64,000 nt of DNA from Tubiluchus corallicola (taxonomy: Eukaryota > Animalia > Priapulida), in the NCBI GenBank assembly GCA_030141605.1, contig JAQGDQ010000006.1, positions 682,001 through 746,000 on the forward strand, given 5' to 3'. Under the pieces are notes generated by a model that saw only the letters and a program-made list of their open reading frames with translations, was not told the origin of the DNA and made no database searches. Positions within the stretch are counted from its first letter, which is position 1. The number at the start of each line of letters is the position of its first letter. Below, one piece after another: positions 1 through 28,700 of this stretch. A program made the translations under genes and the position numbers.

Positions 1-148
1 AATATTTGAAATAATTAAAGTTTTCTTTTCTAGTTACATAAGTCATCCCAGCAGGTAAGCGAAAAGCTAAGTAGTATAGATTTACATAGAAACTTTTTTG
101 GACGTCATTTAACATTGCCTTTTCTTCCTCTGGTTTGTGTTTGTGTAG

Positions 149-166
149 TGACGTCATGTAATGGCG
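149..166 (+). promoter_or_regulatory. CRE palindrome and YY1-like motif in the probable UBE2E promoter / first exon region
   Basis: TGACGTCA at 149-156 is followed by AATGGCG at 160-166. A splice donor (GTAGGA) at 209 and an acceptor at 711 precede the UBE2E start codon. Confidence 0.4.
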
Positions 167-736
167 ACTTCGGAACAGACTGCGGGAGATTTATTCCTTT
201 CAATGCGAGTAGGATACATGCATAAAATTGCTGTAAAGTAATATAATTTTTAAGGCGATTTTTCTGAAACCTACTTCTGGTACTCTTTTCTTATCCCTTA
301 ATATCTGGTATTACCTGCTTCACAGTTCTCTGGTGGCCATAAATAAAAGAATACGATTGATCAAGATTGACTTCAGTGGGAATAACTTACTTCTTAAAAA
401 CCTTGTTGAATTTTGATTTATGACAATAGAAAGTGGCCAGAACTGGAAAAATAGATTAGAAAAGAAATGAAAAGTAAAGATTAAAAGTATTATAAAATGT
501 GTTTATAAATCTGCAAGTAACTTTTAGTCTTACCTGGTCCATCGTGCCTTGACACCCTGAACATAATTGTAAGTTTACACTGACCTTATCTGGTATAATT
601 TACATTTTTAAGTATATTGGCATAGATTCAGTTATAGGTTTGTAAAGTGAATTATAATTTGCTAACATCATATGATTACGTTTTTCTATTTCATAATTCA
701 AAATTTCACAGATTCTTAAATCTGGACAATAAAGCG

Positions 737-14240
<13,504 letters not shown>

Positions 14241-16701
14241 TAATCTCGTCTGTGTTAACTATAAATTTTGTATATATTTGTACAGAACCTGTATAAAGCT
14301 GTCTAATGTTGCTGCTGTTTTCAACTGTACAGTAAACATCCATTGCATCCCATATAATTATCTTTCTGTGAGAATGTCACTTGATTATTCTAGGCTTTTG
14401 GTGCAATTACTGGTTGAAAGCTGCTAGTAAGATTCAGTAAGGATTTACATATAGCTTATTCTGTATTGTTCGTAGGAATTTCTTATAATATTGCTATATG
14501 GTTGTGCCATTGGACTCTTGCATGTGCAATATAATATAATGGATTTTTGTTTGCTTGATGGCCAATTGGTATTTAGAACACACCTGCAAATATCATTTTT
14601 TATCTTTGTCAGCCTTGAGAGCTGGATTAAGATCACCAGCAGGTCGAGTATAAAATTATTGGAAGCATTCTAAACACTTGTGATAAAAGCTCTATATTTT
14701 TATGCCATGATTACATCCCAATATAATATTGTTTCAGTGGCATTTAAAAAAATGTTACCATTTAGTGTTTACAAACTACAAAATTGTCGCAATTAAACAG
14801 AAAAAGTAGTGGGTTACTTTTTTAGTGTTCCATGGCTCTGTGAGGAAGCCGTGCAACAAACTAATAACATTTCTTATGTTGTGGGACATTGTTGCAATTC
14901 TCAGGTAATTAAAATTTTTATTGAAAATAATTTACTAGAATTGTTACCACATACAAATTTTTTTCTTGCACAATGGCTTTCCTTAATACCACACTGTTTT
15001 TTCTTGTATTTTGAGTAGCAGCAGACTAACTGCTTGCTCGAGAAGGTATTATCTGTTTTCAAGCAATCCTATCCTATTGATTAGTGACTTATTAGTAAAC
15101 TTAACATTTTGTGCAGCAGCACAAATTTCATTGCTTTTGGAACATTTCCTTAATTATTTAATTATTCGTTAATTATCCACTAAAAAGTTATGTACATCTT
15201 GCCTTCAGCCAAAAAGTGATTTTGTAGTTAGAATGTCTAAGGTCATATTTACACGATGCATCTTGGATGTATGTCCAAAGTTTACGTATTTTTCATATAA
15301 ATCTTAGACGTAGGGCAAATCTGTTTACACATTGTGTTTGTTCATCCGTTCTGGATGTGGTAACTCATTTTACAGCAAACTGTCATGGATCACCACTTAA
15401 AAATGTTAGCATAGTACCTTTTCTTGTATTACTTGAAATGGTCACACCCAAGACTTATCCTTGTTCAATTAATAAGAGAGAACCAATTTCTGCTGCTTAT
15501 CTTTGACCCTCCGGTTCTTGGCATCAGATAAGATATTCCTATCTTGATTTGAATGATACCATAATTCGGATAAAAGCATGCACGGATCTTTCTGATGATG
15601 TGTGGTATTTTTGCAGACAAAATTTGCACCGTGATTTAAAAATATCAATTTATTTTCCAACCCTACTGAATGGTTTATAAAAAAAACTTCCAACAATTAG
15701 TAAAGTTCAAACCCTACAGTCCTGTACTGTTTAATCAATGTTTGTTTTTGCCGGTTTGCTTGCAAATCCACGGAAGATGCTATGCACACTGTTCCTTTCC
15801 AAAAAATTATTTATTTTGCAAACCTTATTGAATGGTTTATAAAAAAAAACAAAAAACTTCCAGCAATTAATAAAGTCATATCCACAGAGAACATGCATCG
15901 TGTGCATGCGTCTATCGCGTAAATCACAAAGTGCAACTTATTCACAGTTTATACTAAGTTTTGGACGTATTTGTCTGACTCATGGGACGTATATAAGCAA
16001 AAGTCACACCATGTAACTAGGACTTAAAGAATGCTTGAAATTTTGAACAACCTAGCATTTTGTTTTTAGTTCAACCTTAAATTCACCAATTAGTCTTAAC
16101 ATTGCTAATTAATATAATTAATTTAATGGCCTGATTTAAATAGTGTTGTATCTTCCACTGCCTGTGACTGTTAACAAAGAAAAGCATGTATACTGTATTA
16201 ATCATTTCAAGCTTGCTGACAAAGTCGTGTACAAAATTTGTACCATAACTTGTATTATTTACTGAATAAAAAATAAAACTAGTTGTCACAATGTGATCTG
16301 CTTTTTCTTCACTTTGCATTGACTAATCAATTGCGCAATTGTAACCAAAGTTTTAAATGGACTAATTGGGACTATGCACCAGAGACTCAAGAAACAAAAA
16401 AGTATCGGGTGAATTTATTTATAATTCATAAAATACCATGAAACAAAACAAAATATTTTAGCAGCGGTATTACAGTTTAATAAACAATTATACTGTTAGA
16501 AAGAAAACTATTGCAAATTAATTAACTTGTTTTCTATTTGCAAACAGTGAACAAACAATGAAGAACAAATAAAATGTTCAATGAACAATAGACAATAATA
16601 ATACAAAATTTATATTAAAGTTATTCAAAATGAAACCACAAACCTGATGCAATTAGTAATTTTTCTTGTTGGACCTCAAGATAGTTTGTAAACTGAAAAT
16701 T

Positions 16702-19700
16702 TTATTCCTCCTGCAAAGGTACTATCGAAGCTACATCTTGCAAATACTGATTTTTTAAACTGCTGAGGAACATTCGCATGCTACCCTCATCTAATCGTGA
16801 ATTGCGTGCAGCTTGCATCAGACGCGTAGCAAGTCGAAATACAGCATGCTGGACCCGACTCCCCTCTGTAGTTTCATTTGTTGTCTAGAAATTGCACATT
16901 ACTTCCAACAACTGTTAGTTATATCACATTTTTCTGCAGATGTAGCATTGTTACAGAATTATTCAAAGCTAAACAAACAGTACTGCTGTGTATTTAATAA
17001 CAACTGTATGTTGGAACCAACTTTATTCATCGGAAAAAAAAAGAACTTGTACCTTTTTCTTATTCTGGAGAGTCTTCATGATCTCTTTAGCTCTTCTTAT
17101 AACACTAGAAGGCATAGATGACAAGGCAGCTAATTCCAGTCCTATATTGATTGATTGAATATCTTTATTGACATAAACATATGATAATAACAATGCAATA
17201 ATTCATGTGTTAATTAATACTGTAAAATGTTATTAAAGCTGTTTCCAGCCCACTTGGGCTTACAAGTCAATTTCATGAAAATTTATCACATAATAACTAT
17301 AAATGAGACAATAACTGTAGGAGTGCAGACTCTGCCAAGCTCTGTGAAGTATAATGTACTAAACTACACAGTTATTTAAATTAAGACATCACTAATTGTT
17401 CTGACATTTCATTAATGACACCCTGGTTATTTGCATTTTTTCTGCAGTGCTCTGCTGAGACTTTACGTGGAATGTTCATTGTAAACAGTAAATCAATAAA
17501 ACTGGTTTTCTTTCACAGTTCTTAACTGATCACTGCCAAAATTGAAAAAATTCCTCCTTGTTCCTCTGAGAAACTGTCGTGCAAACTGGTTAAGTAATTT
17601 CTGCAATGATTCACAATTAATTCAAACTTTAAAGGATCTGATCAAAGGGGTAAAATACATCATTAACAATATCTTTTATAACACACAGGCTTAAATTCAG
17701 GTGAACAATACTGTTCTTGTGTTTTATGAAAAACAATTGTTGCATGCTTGTCAACCTATATGTCAGTCATAATTTTTAATACCTCAATTTTTATTCAAGC
17801 AAATTTATGCAAATAGAATAATTACCATAATTTTGTTCTTGAGTAACACCTTTTGACAAGAAATGCGTAAATTTCATTGCACCTGGGCGGGTTGCATCAT
17901 CCATTAAATGCACTTCGAAATTATAACTGAAATAGTTCAAAAGCTAGGGCTAGTTTTAAGTGAGGTGCAACTTTGTTTTTTGACATATATTTTTGCAGGT
18001 TCCACACAATTTTAAGCTACATTTTCAGAATCTAACCTGTGCCAGCTTGGAAAAGTTAAGGTTTTTTAAACTGAAAAAATTTAAAATGTCTGCCAAAAAC
18101 ATTTAAATTACAGTTTTGGGTTTTTTCTATACACCAGCTTAATATTATCAACAAATTCACCTTTTAATAAAAGATGATGCTAATAGTGTAAGGATGTTTT
18201 TGTGGTGGTTGACAAATGTTTGAAATAGAATATTCATATTGAAATATCCAAAATAGCCAACAAAAAGTAAAAAGTTCAATTATGATATTTTAGTGTTCTA
18301 TTATACGCAAACCAAAAAATTATCCTTACATTTAATTTTGCTTTGATAAAAACTTACGCCACAGGTTTGTGTTTTTTAAATTCTAAACATTTTATTATTT
18401 TAAATTGAAAAACCTAAGATGGCAGCCAGAAAGTTGTAGAATATCAAGCTTTCATTTTATAGTTGCATACATCGCAAAAAACATAAACATGTGCTGTATT
18501 ACATGCAATCGCTAATTGATTGAACTATATCCAAAATGGCCAGCAAAGAAGCAGTTGTGCAAGACTTTGCATTTCCTCAAAAAGCCATAGGAGAAAATCC
18601 ATGCTCAAAATAAGACGGTATTAATTGGCTTCAATATGAAACCTGCAAGGCAAGTTGGAAAACAACCAAAGAAACAAGTATTATATAATACACCTTTTCC
18701 TGACATATCTCCCAATGAGCGAAATACAATGAAGACAGCAATGGTCCAGGCACAGTACATAATGTCCCACAATTGGAATGGACAATTTTTGTTTGACTAG
18801 CAGTTGTACCAAGTGGTTATTTAACATAGCTTGATGAGACTATAACATATTTCCAAAGTTTTTTCCCCCGATTGGTGGAATGCACATATTGATGGGTTTT
18901 GTGGGATGTGCTAGATATTTTATGGTAGGAAGAGGCATAGGAGACATTCTAAAATTCACATTTGCTGGTGTGGTGTGCTAAAGCTTCTCTGGTAAGAAGT
19001 TGCCACAGAATGTTAGGGCCTAGAACAACATACGTTTATAATTTAAAATGTCTATTCCGACTGTTCAAAGGAGCAGGGCCTAAACATTAACAAGTTTCAG
19101 AAAATGTGGGCTGCAAGCAACATGCAGTAGGGTTATCAAGCAGAGGGTTGATTATACACGTATTTAATAAAGTTGTCATTATCATCATCATGATATCCAC
19201 GTGAGATAAACGAAAAGGTGACAAGCTACTTCACTTGGGAGCAATTGAAAAGACGCTACCTTAGATCTTTGCAGCCTCACATGGGATCTACGCAAAGTGA
19301 GGCCTATAATACTTTGTTCTATGCAATGTTCTTCACCCAAAACAAGAAACGTTTCTGATAGTGACGCATCATCAGGATGTAATATGGAACGACAATTCTT
19401 CATTCAGACTACTTACATAGAGGAAATGATCTTCTAGCGCCAGTGAGAGACCACCGAATGACATGACTCTTGATACCTGGCTTTGTATCTTGGAAACTTT
19501 GGCCAAATGAAAATTGATTTATGGCAATGCAGATAGGAGAAGCTCAGAAAGTAGTCACTTGCCACAAAAGAAAAGAGGCACACACAGATCAAAGCAAATG
19601 CTGCTAACAGACTCAAAATATTTGATGTAGCGTTAACCTCCATCGATCTCCCTGTCCATGAATAATACCCAGGCGAAAGACATGTTAATATCTTCATTGA

Positions 19701-22700
19701 CGTCTATTAGACGACAGAACTGGAATTGTTGTTCAACCAGTCAAAACTGGCAAATGCCAAGTGGGTTTAGACACGAAAATTACAGCGCAGTGAGCAATAA
19801 CAAAGAAGAAAGTTTGGTGTGCTGAGACTGTGACTACTAAGTTCACATGTCACAAGTGAATGACATCATGGCATCACCAAAGGAGACTATTTCTGCTAGA
19901 ACTCTTTTGTTCTATGACCTGGCATTTTTTCACCTGCTTTGTTTGACAAGAATGGTGAAATGAGATAAAAAATGAAGAATGTGTTAAGAGTAACAGACTA
20001 GTCTTGAAAGTTGCCATTCTAGATGGGTATATCACTTTCAGATCTGATGCATGGCCTGCATAGGCAGGCACGACAATATTGTTTTATTTCAGAATACATC
20101 CATGATATTTAAGTGTGAAGTATGAAAAAGGTGTGTCTTCCATGCATGTCCCTGCAGTCTACTGTTGTAATGCTAAACTAGTCGAATGTGCACTTCTTAG
20201 TTATATGAAAGGGGAATCCCCGCCTTTCTCGATGAAGCTGAGCGTGACTGCCTGAGAGCGAAATTGCGGGGGTGCAAGAAAGAAATTTTCATCTTCATTA
20301 ATCTGTAGTATACATAACATAAGTAAATTCATGTCGCAGCAAAATCGAATGTTCATTTCACTTCATTGTGACACTTAAAATCAATGTGGTAATCAAAAAG
20401 ATCTCAGACAGAGGAAAGTCAGTCTTTCGTGCAAAATTCCCGAAACTGAAGGAATGACTGGTGTTATCGACCTGATTATTTCGGATTCAGATATGCCGCG
20501 ATTGCAGGAAACCGGTCCAAAATTTTCCCGGGGAGAACCCCCCAGACCCCGCTTTCTGGCTCCCGCCTTCAGAGCTCGAGTACCCGTAGCCGCACAGTGG
20601 CACTATACCAAATGTTGATTCTCTGACAGTCGGTGCCCCTTTTCTAAAAATCCGGGATCCACCCCTGGCCTGCTTCACCATCAAAGCAAATTTATGAGCA
20701 CTGTAGTACAAAGTGCTTGACACACGTTTATCATTCGATAAGTTTACTGAATCATGTTTGAAATTCCTAGCTATATGGCGTAGACAGAACTTTGGAGAAT
20801 CACTGAACTACTGACTCACATCTGCTGCAGTAGTGACACTCTGCAGCTGAAATAAGTTTACGCTAGCATGCACAGAGTTCTGCAAATGCAGGGGTGAGAA
20901 ATCCAATGAGAGCACGAGTACATAGATACAGAAAATGATATAGATGACGATGATGTAGAAGTTTCAAGCAATTTTGAATGCCACTTGACAAAAATAAATA
21001 AGCACATTTGCTTATTATAAAAAAGTGTGTGTCATACTATGATCAAGTTCATTTGCTCTTGTGCTGTGCCTTTACATTCTGGTAGCCATCTTGGATTTGG
21101 TTCTACAGGTACTATTCATCCACGTTTGAAAGAAGACAAAAATACATCATTAGTATCATTTCAGAACAAACTAGTTGGCTGATAGAGGCTTGACAGCTTA
21201 ACAAATAAGTAATGATTATGTTATAATGGTGGTTTGACAGCTGAACAAATAGGTGGTGATTGTCGTACTGGAAAACTGAAAACTTTGATTCTATCGTCTT
21301 TTAGATAATTATCCCAGGTACCACAATACACAGATTTGTCTTCACTAACTTCAGCAGAGTTGGATTTGGAAACCAAAAAATACGTTAGAACAATTTTTCC
21401 GCCATGTCGGTATTCAACTGGTCACCATAGCAACCTAGACCTTTATTGAACAATTAGAGCTCAGACGTCACCTGTTGTGTAAGTTTGGTTGAAGTTAGAT
21501 CAGTGGCTTCGGAGAAATAACTAGGAAACCCAAACAGACGCAACTGAGAATAAGGGTCTACTGAGTTGAGCCATTGAACCAGAGAACCTAAGACATATCT
21601 TAAGCACTTTGGCATCCACTTAAATTTCACTTTTTCAGTTGATGTACATAAGTATAAAAGACATATGTAACCTATTAATTAATTGCAGAACAAAATTAAC
21701 CACATGAAATAATTTTTGATTTGGATGTAGATTTGGAGGACGAAAATCATAATTTGCACTTGTTTGTCGGACATCTTGTATATTATATTCTAGCTATTTA
21801 TCATCCATGTACCACCAAAAAGATACGCAAAGGCTATAAGCTTCATCTTTTGTCAAAACACAAGGTTAATTTGTTCATTGGTATACAGGAAACACTGGAA
21901 ACAACAATTTAAAATGTTTTTTGGCGACCATTTTGGATTTTTCTTATTAAAAACTCAACTTTTTCATGCTGGCGCTCATTAACTTCCAATACAACAGGTC
22001 GAAATTGGATAGTAAGTGCAAAAAGTATTGTATATGTACTACAACAAGGTAATATAGACCTAGTCTGAACTAAGAGGCAAACCAAACAGTCTATTTTCCT
22101 GAGCCCGAGTAAAAATGCTGCCGAGCACTAGAAATAAAAATATGTATAAATAATAAATAAAGAAACTTGAAAGAATGTATCAACCTAACATTTCGTGAAA
22201 CAAGATAAATGATGTTGCGTTGCATTTTAGCATTATATGAATTATATTTAGCTATAACGAGTGAAACACACAATTTTGAAGCAGTGCACTGTACTTGAGC
22301 AAGATTCATAGATGTACGAGAAAGAAAGTTTCAGTGTGACTTGTAGGTCAATAATCAACAAACAATGCATAATCAACAAACAATATAAAAGGTATGAGCC
22401 AAATATCTTAAGAAAATATTTCAACTACAATACATGATTCTTGTAACTTTTGTAGCAGGAAAACTGTCACCGGCCATCATTGAGTCGATTAAGCGATGTT
22501 CATGTTATCCACATAAAGGCATTTTTATATTTCCACCATCAGCATGTATACCATACTTAATTCTAAGGTGGCCTAATTAAAAATGGGGTTTAGAAATACA
22601 CTGTAGTATTAGCAAATGTGAACTGAGGAAAACAAATGACGAAATACTATTTACTTTACAACATTGGGATAAAGGCCTTCCAGTTTTGTCAGTTCGTGAA

Positions 22701-25700
22701 AGTGAGTTGTAAAGAAAGTAAATGCCTTAATGCCAATAAGATATTCACAGATTGCATAACATAACCCCATTCCTTCCTCTGCACTTGTACCTGAAAATGT
22801 AAAAAGATACAATTTAACTTGTACTTAAGAATTCTGATGACAAATGACAAATAACTTTTTGCACATAACTGTGGAACACTAATTATGATCGTTAGAATAG
22901 CTAAAACAAAAAAATGAAAAAGTAGTTTTAACAGAAAAGAGTAACAAACTGTGGTGTAAACTTGTAAATAAGAATTTACTCAAAAACAGATGTTACAAAA
23001 TGCTACATTTACCTCGACCCAATTCATCTATGATAATTAAGGATTTTTGGGAAGCATTCTGGATAATATAGTTCATTTCCTTCATCTAATTAACAAAATG
23101 CAAATTTGTCAGATGTATGCACATTACTCACAGTAACTGCAAAGATTAATCATAATGGACTAAACACAACCAATGCATGTTTAGTAATTAATTTATTATT
23201 TATTAATGTAGCCAACAATAAATAATGTTACTTGTTATCATCATGACTACAAAGATTAGTTCTCATGGATGAATGGATGTCATATCAGTAACAGTCACTT
23301 GCTAGATACAACAGAAAATAAAAAAAATACACCAGTCATGCCAAAGTTAGCTCTTGCCTCCATCATGAATGTAGAAGTGTTTGTTTCAATATCATCATCG
23401 CTACCAATACGGCTGAACAGCTGATCACAGATTCGCACTGAAGCATATTCTGCTGGAACAAACGAACCAATCTGTGCCATTATCTGGCTCAAGGCTATCT
23501 GCTTCAGATAAGTAGATTTGCCACTCTATAAGCATAAGAGATTTTTCAACTCAACACAAATATTAAAACGAATTACTAAATCTCATTTTTTATACAGATC
23601 ATTCCAAGGCCAGTGGAAACTCAGGATGAAAAGGTAAGAAAATTGAAAACAGTACAGAAAAATATAATTCTATTATGCACATCATATGGAGGTACTTATT
23701 AACATTCGTCTAAAAGTGAACAACACTATTAACATTCGTCTAAAAGTGAACAACACTATTAACATTCGTCTAAAAGTGAACAACACTGTAATTAACAAGA
23801 AAGCAAGTTTCAAGTGATGAATTCCACAAATATGAGACCTGAAGGAAAAAAACTAGAATTATCAGCAGCTGTTCTGCACTTAGCATCAATAAAAACCCAG
23901 ATTATGCTAAAATGGATCTTCCAAAAGCTAATCTTTTACAGTTAATTTTACAGCTCAAGAGATATACTTATTTTTTTTAATTCAATTATGAGAAAAATGA
24001 CTTCTGAAACAATGCTAAAATTACTTACAAAAAACTGGTTGGCTAACCAACGTAAAGCTTACCATATTTGGTCCAGTTATGATCACAAATGTACTTTCCT
24101 CTGAAGCATACTGAAAGGTATAACAAAATTTCCATCAAAAGCTTAATTAGAATACAAGGACACTACAGTAATGTTATCATAGCCAGGTAGAAATTTACCT
24201 CAGCCAAAACAATGTTATGTATCACAAGAGCTTATGTATATTTAAAAAGCAAGAATGAAGTTTCATTTCAAGGAGTACAAAAATTTATGCAGTTTTGAAA
24301 ACATAAGGAGTTTTGTGACTGAGAAGCAGCAAATCAAATACTTCATGTTTGCAGCTATTAAAGGTTTCACATATTGTAGATTGAAATTGGTGTAAATAGA
24401 CTATTGAGGAGTTGCTATTGCCATTGTAAACCTAAATAGCTTTACCTTGCTTGCAAGCATTATTAACATTATAAAATCAATGACTTACCACATCATTTGG
24501 AACGGGAGACTCAAAATGAATTTTTTCCAAAATAGGATGCCGTCCTTGCTTGATGCCTAAGGTGTCCGTAAAGTCAGGCTTCACTAAAACAGAAAAACTG
24601 TAACAGACAAGGCTCAATCAAAATGTTCAGTGTAAAAAGAACTCTTAAATTTCAATGAAGCAAAGTTTTTATCTGAACTCCGACTACATGATCCATTTAC
24701 GACATACAAGAATAAAATGATTACTAAATACAATAAATATTGTGTCAAGTAAACTTTATAGATCAAATTTCTCTCTACAAACAGAGCATTAGCATTTAGA
24801 GCCACTTAAAATATTGTGCAAATTTGCAAAAATAAAAATCTGTGCCTGCTGTAAAGATCTAAACGTTAAAAATAATAGTTTCACAAATTCAAAAAAGAAA
24901 TGAACATCACTCAAGAACTTGCCTTCGTAATTGTGTCACAGAAAGCACAGAGACTTCTGAAACATTTTCTGATTAGCATGATGTCACACTTTTCAAATGG
25001 TACTTTAATTATCTACTGTTAGAAATGAAGCAAATGCACACGATAATAATTTGTTACAAACCAGACATAAAATTTCTAGCAGGCACTGCCAATTGTTCCT
25101 TTCTGCATGATTAATAAAAAAATTTAAGCGCCTTATTAGCAGTTTTTTGTCAATAGATATGCATACAAATTAAATAATCACAATAATAAATTTACCATAA
25201 TTAACCAGTGAAGAAGTATAAGCAAGTGACATTAGCATGTCTAGCATGGATACAACCTCAGACAACTTGTAGAAACAAGAAATGTGTTCTCTGATTTCTC
25301 CTAAAAGTTCTGTTACTACACTATAACAAAACAATAGAGCATTTTCAGTTTGGTCTAAGTAAATGCTACAATTTACTTACAAAGCAATTGCAATGATTTA
25401 CACATTGTCATCACATTTAAGAGCCACCAGCTAAACACGGTTATATGTTGCTTGTCAAAAAACCAAAGCTGCTTTTTAGATTATAAAGAATTTCAACTGC
25501 AATAGATCACTAAGGACAACATGGGAAATTAAAGAAACTGCAAACCACAATTTCAGTGTCAGTCTGTGGACTTTAGTTTGCTTTAATTTTAACTATTGGA
25601 CTAAGTGACAGACAATCGGTTCAAATCTTAAGTATGGGGTTCTGGCAAATTAGGCTTTGAACAGCTATATATATATTTGTTTTAGGTGTTTTTGTGCTTT

Positions 25701-28700
25701 CCAATTACGAAACAAGTTTTTGACTGCTCAAAAAACTTACTTTTTCTGAAAAGTTTTTCACCTTATCTTTTCACTCTTGCTAAATCGGGTAATGGAGATG
25801 TATAAGATAAGAAGTGACCATGATAGTGATGATACAACAAGGAAAATTACCACAACCACCAGAATGGCAAAACAGTTGTAATGATGGGGATTATGGTGGT
25901 GATTATAACTATGGTGCCGATGATTATTTTAATGACTGTATATACAATGGCGACAATAATGATCATCGTCATGATAATGATAATTATGGTGAGAAGAACT
26001 GTGGCAAAAGAAAAGCGACACAACAAATAGCAAGAACGATAATATAGTATTAGAAAATAAGAAAAAGTTAATGGAGAGGTAGCAGAAAAAAGTAAAATAA
26101 AATAAAGGCATAGAAAGAACAGCAAACAACAACAAGAACAGAGAAGGCAGGCAGACAGAATCAGAACTTTGTCATGTAAAACACTTCTTCAGAAAAAAGA
26201 GAAATTATTTGTCATATTATCTTTATTATACCACCACCATCATCATCATCGTCCCCATTACCAACAACATCATGATCATTATCTGTGATCTGCCATTGTT
26301 GTCATCATAATTAATAATTATTGCCAAGCATACAGTCCACCATTATTCAGAATAGGAACTCAGAAATCACTTAATCAATATGACTATAGCTGCTGCTGGC
26401 CTGACAACATAACAGTAATATAGGGGTCAATCATAATCTCATATTGTTGAATTCTCTGGTAATGGAGGATTCTAACAGAACACTAAAATGTTAGACTACG
26501 TTAAGGAATTACTAAAAGTGAAACAAAAACCCAAAATGGTATTTGCAAAAGCTCACACATTACTCATCAAGTATATTTCCCGAATGGAATCCTGTATCCG
26601 ACCTACACAAAACAAAATTTTTAGATATAATAGCTTATATAGCCTAGAAACTGTCAAAAACTATAATAATCTGCACAGACAACAATTGACCACAGTTATA
26701 CAATTGCTACAAGATCAAATACAGAGTAAAATATCAGGTGATTTATTTTTCAAATGTTAAGTTAATATATTTAGTTTAAAATGACACAAATGACAAATTC
26801 AATTACAAAAAAGATGACGTAAAAAGAGAACTTAAATGAACACTTACTATTCATCTTTATCTTTAGTGGTTCATGTACGCATGAAAAAAATAACAAACAC
26901 AATACAACTTAATATAAAAAAGTCCTATTTGCAAAAATAAAATTAAATAAATCAGTACATCTTAGAATCGTAAATGAAAGTCATTATTACTTAGTATAAG
27001 GAGATAAATAAAAACCAAGTGCATTTGTTCTATTTAGTAATAACAATGTAGTATTCTGGACTTTACTGAAAAACTTCCCAAGGTACAGTATGAAGATACA
27101 AGTTAGTGTTGCTCCGGGTTCACTTTTTTGCCGGATAGTGAATACCAGATTTCATTGAATATTTGGTAAATGTTTGCAAACTCTAATGTTTTCATTTGGT
27201 CTATGATCTTAAAGGACCTAGCCCAAAGATACACCGTATTACCACGCACAAACGAAAAAAAGATGTGTGTAAAATTTTCGTCTTGAAAACACAAACATAG
27301 GCTAAAATAATCTCTAAGTTTTTTGGTAATATTTTATTTATTTATTTTAGGCTGTTAAAGTATTCGAAAACCATTTTCAATTGCACATTACAAAAACCAG
27401 ATAGCGAATATTTGCAAATGTCAAATTTTTATAACTACCGGAAAATATCAGATACGAAAACCTGCAAAATCTCGCGAATATCACCATTTTCGGATACGAA
27501 TCGGATATCCGGAGCAAAACTAATACAAGTGGTACAGACATTCATAGCATTCACCTAAATAGTAGCTATTCAAAACTGAAACACAACTATAAAAGTCTTA
27601 CCAAAATACCAGAGCCTGAGTTAAAATCAAATATCGTGCGGCACGCTAGTTAAAGTCAGCCAGGTTTCGCTTAAATGACCTAATTTTTAAATACAGTCCA
27701 TTGTTCCACAAGCATGAAGCAGAAGAGCTTATTTAACAGAGAAAATTGTGGACCAGACAGAATTTAGCTCATCAATAAGGTTATGTCAGCAAGGCAAATA
27801 TTTGTTAAATAAAACTTCCTTGAGGAACATTAAAACAGCTTCTAGGCAATGGTTATGACAGTACCATAAGAAAATATGTGATCATTCATGTGACTAATTA
27901 TAATTTATCAGTACTGTCTTGTTCTAACATGTTATGACATTCGGCTTTGCATTCTAAGACGCTATGATTAGATGCAAACCTGCTTGATGCTTAAATTAAA
28001 ACGCTACAAATTAGTTAATCAGCAAATAAGCCTTTTATAGAGTTGTTCTCGAATATCTTTTCAATGATAAAGGTAAACCCGAAATGCAACAATTGTTAGC
28101 AAAGTACAGGGTGTCTCAGAAATCACTATACACTACATTTTCTATACTTTAACAAAGCACTATGTTTGAAAATAGGTACAGAAGAATTAAAAATTTAGCG
28201 ACTTTTTAAGTTAAATTAGGCTGCACTAATAGGCTTTGGTATGTTCTGCTGCCTTCTATAGGGTCCTAAAGAACTTTAGAAACGAATCCAAAGCAAGATA
28301 GATATCTTGCGTTAAGAAAGTCTTTCACAGTCCATAAGTACAATAGTAATAAGGAAGGGCCGCACTTTGATTAAAAAAGGGTATCGTTAATCATAGTGAA
28401 AGAATGGCATGGTCCATATGGTGCTGTGAATTTCTGTTGAACTTAAGCAGAAACAAAAAAATAATGTCATAAACAGAAAACCACTCACCAAGTCATTTGT
28501 GGTAAAACTAAGGACGTTCTTGTTCTTGGAAACTTTAATAAATATAGAAGGTAGCTGATCAGCAGGTGGCATATCAGTCTTGCTTCCAGTACTCATTTGT
28601 ATAAAAAAGCCACGCATGTTGTTGTATGCCGTTCTTAGGTTCAAATTATATTTCTCAGACAACTGTTTCACCATATCTGCAAAGATTGTTTACCAACTGC

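Noticed and set aside
19188-19697. Minus-strand ORFs of 71 and 87 aa
   Set aside because: They are antisense shadows of the decayed + strand Academ-like transposase.
25814-26135. Asp/Asn/Tyr-rich and hydrophobic ORFs
   Set aside because: They are by-products of degenerate trinucleotide repeats.
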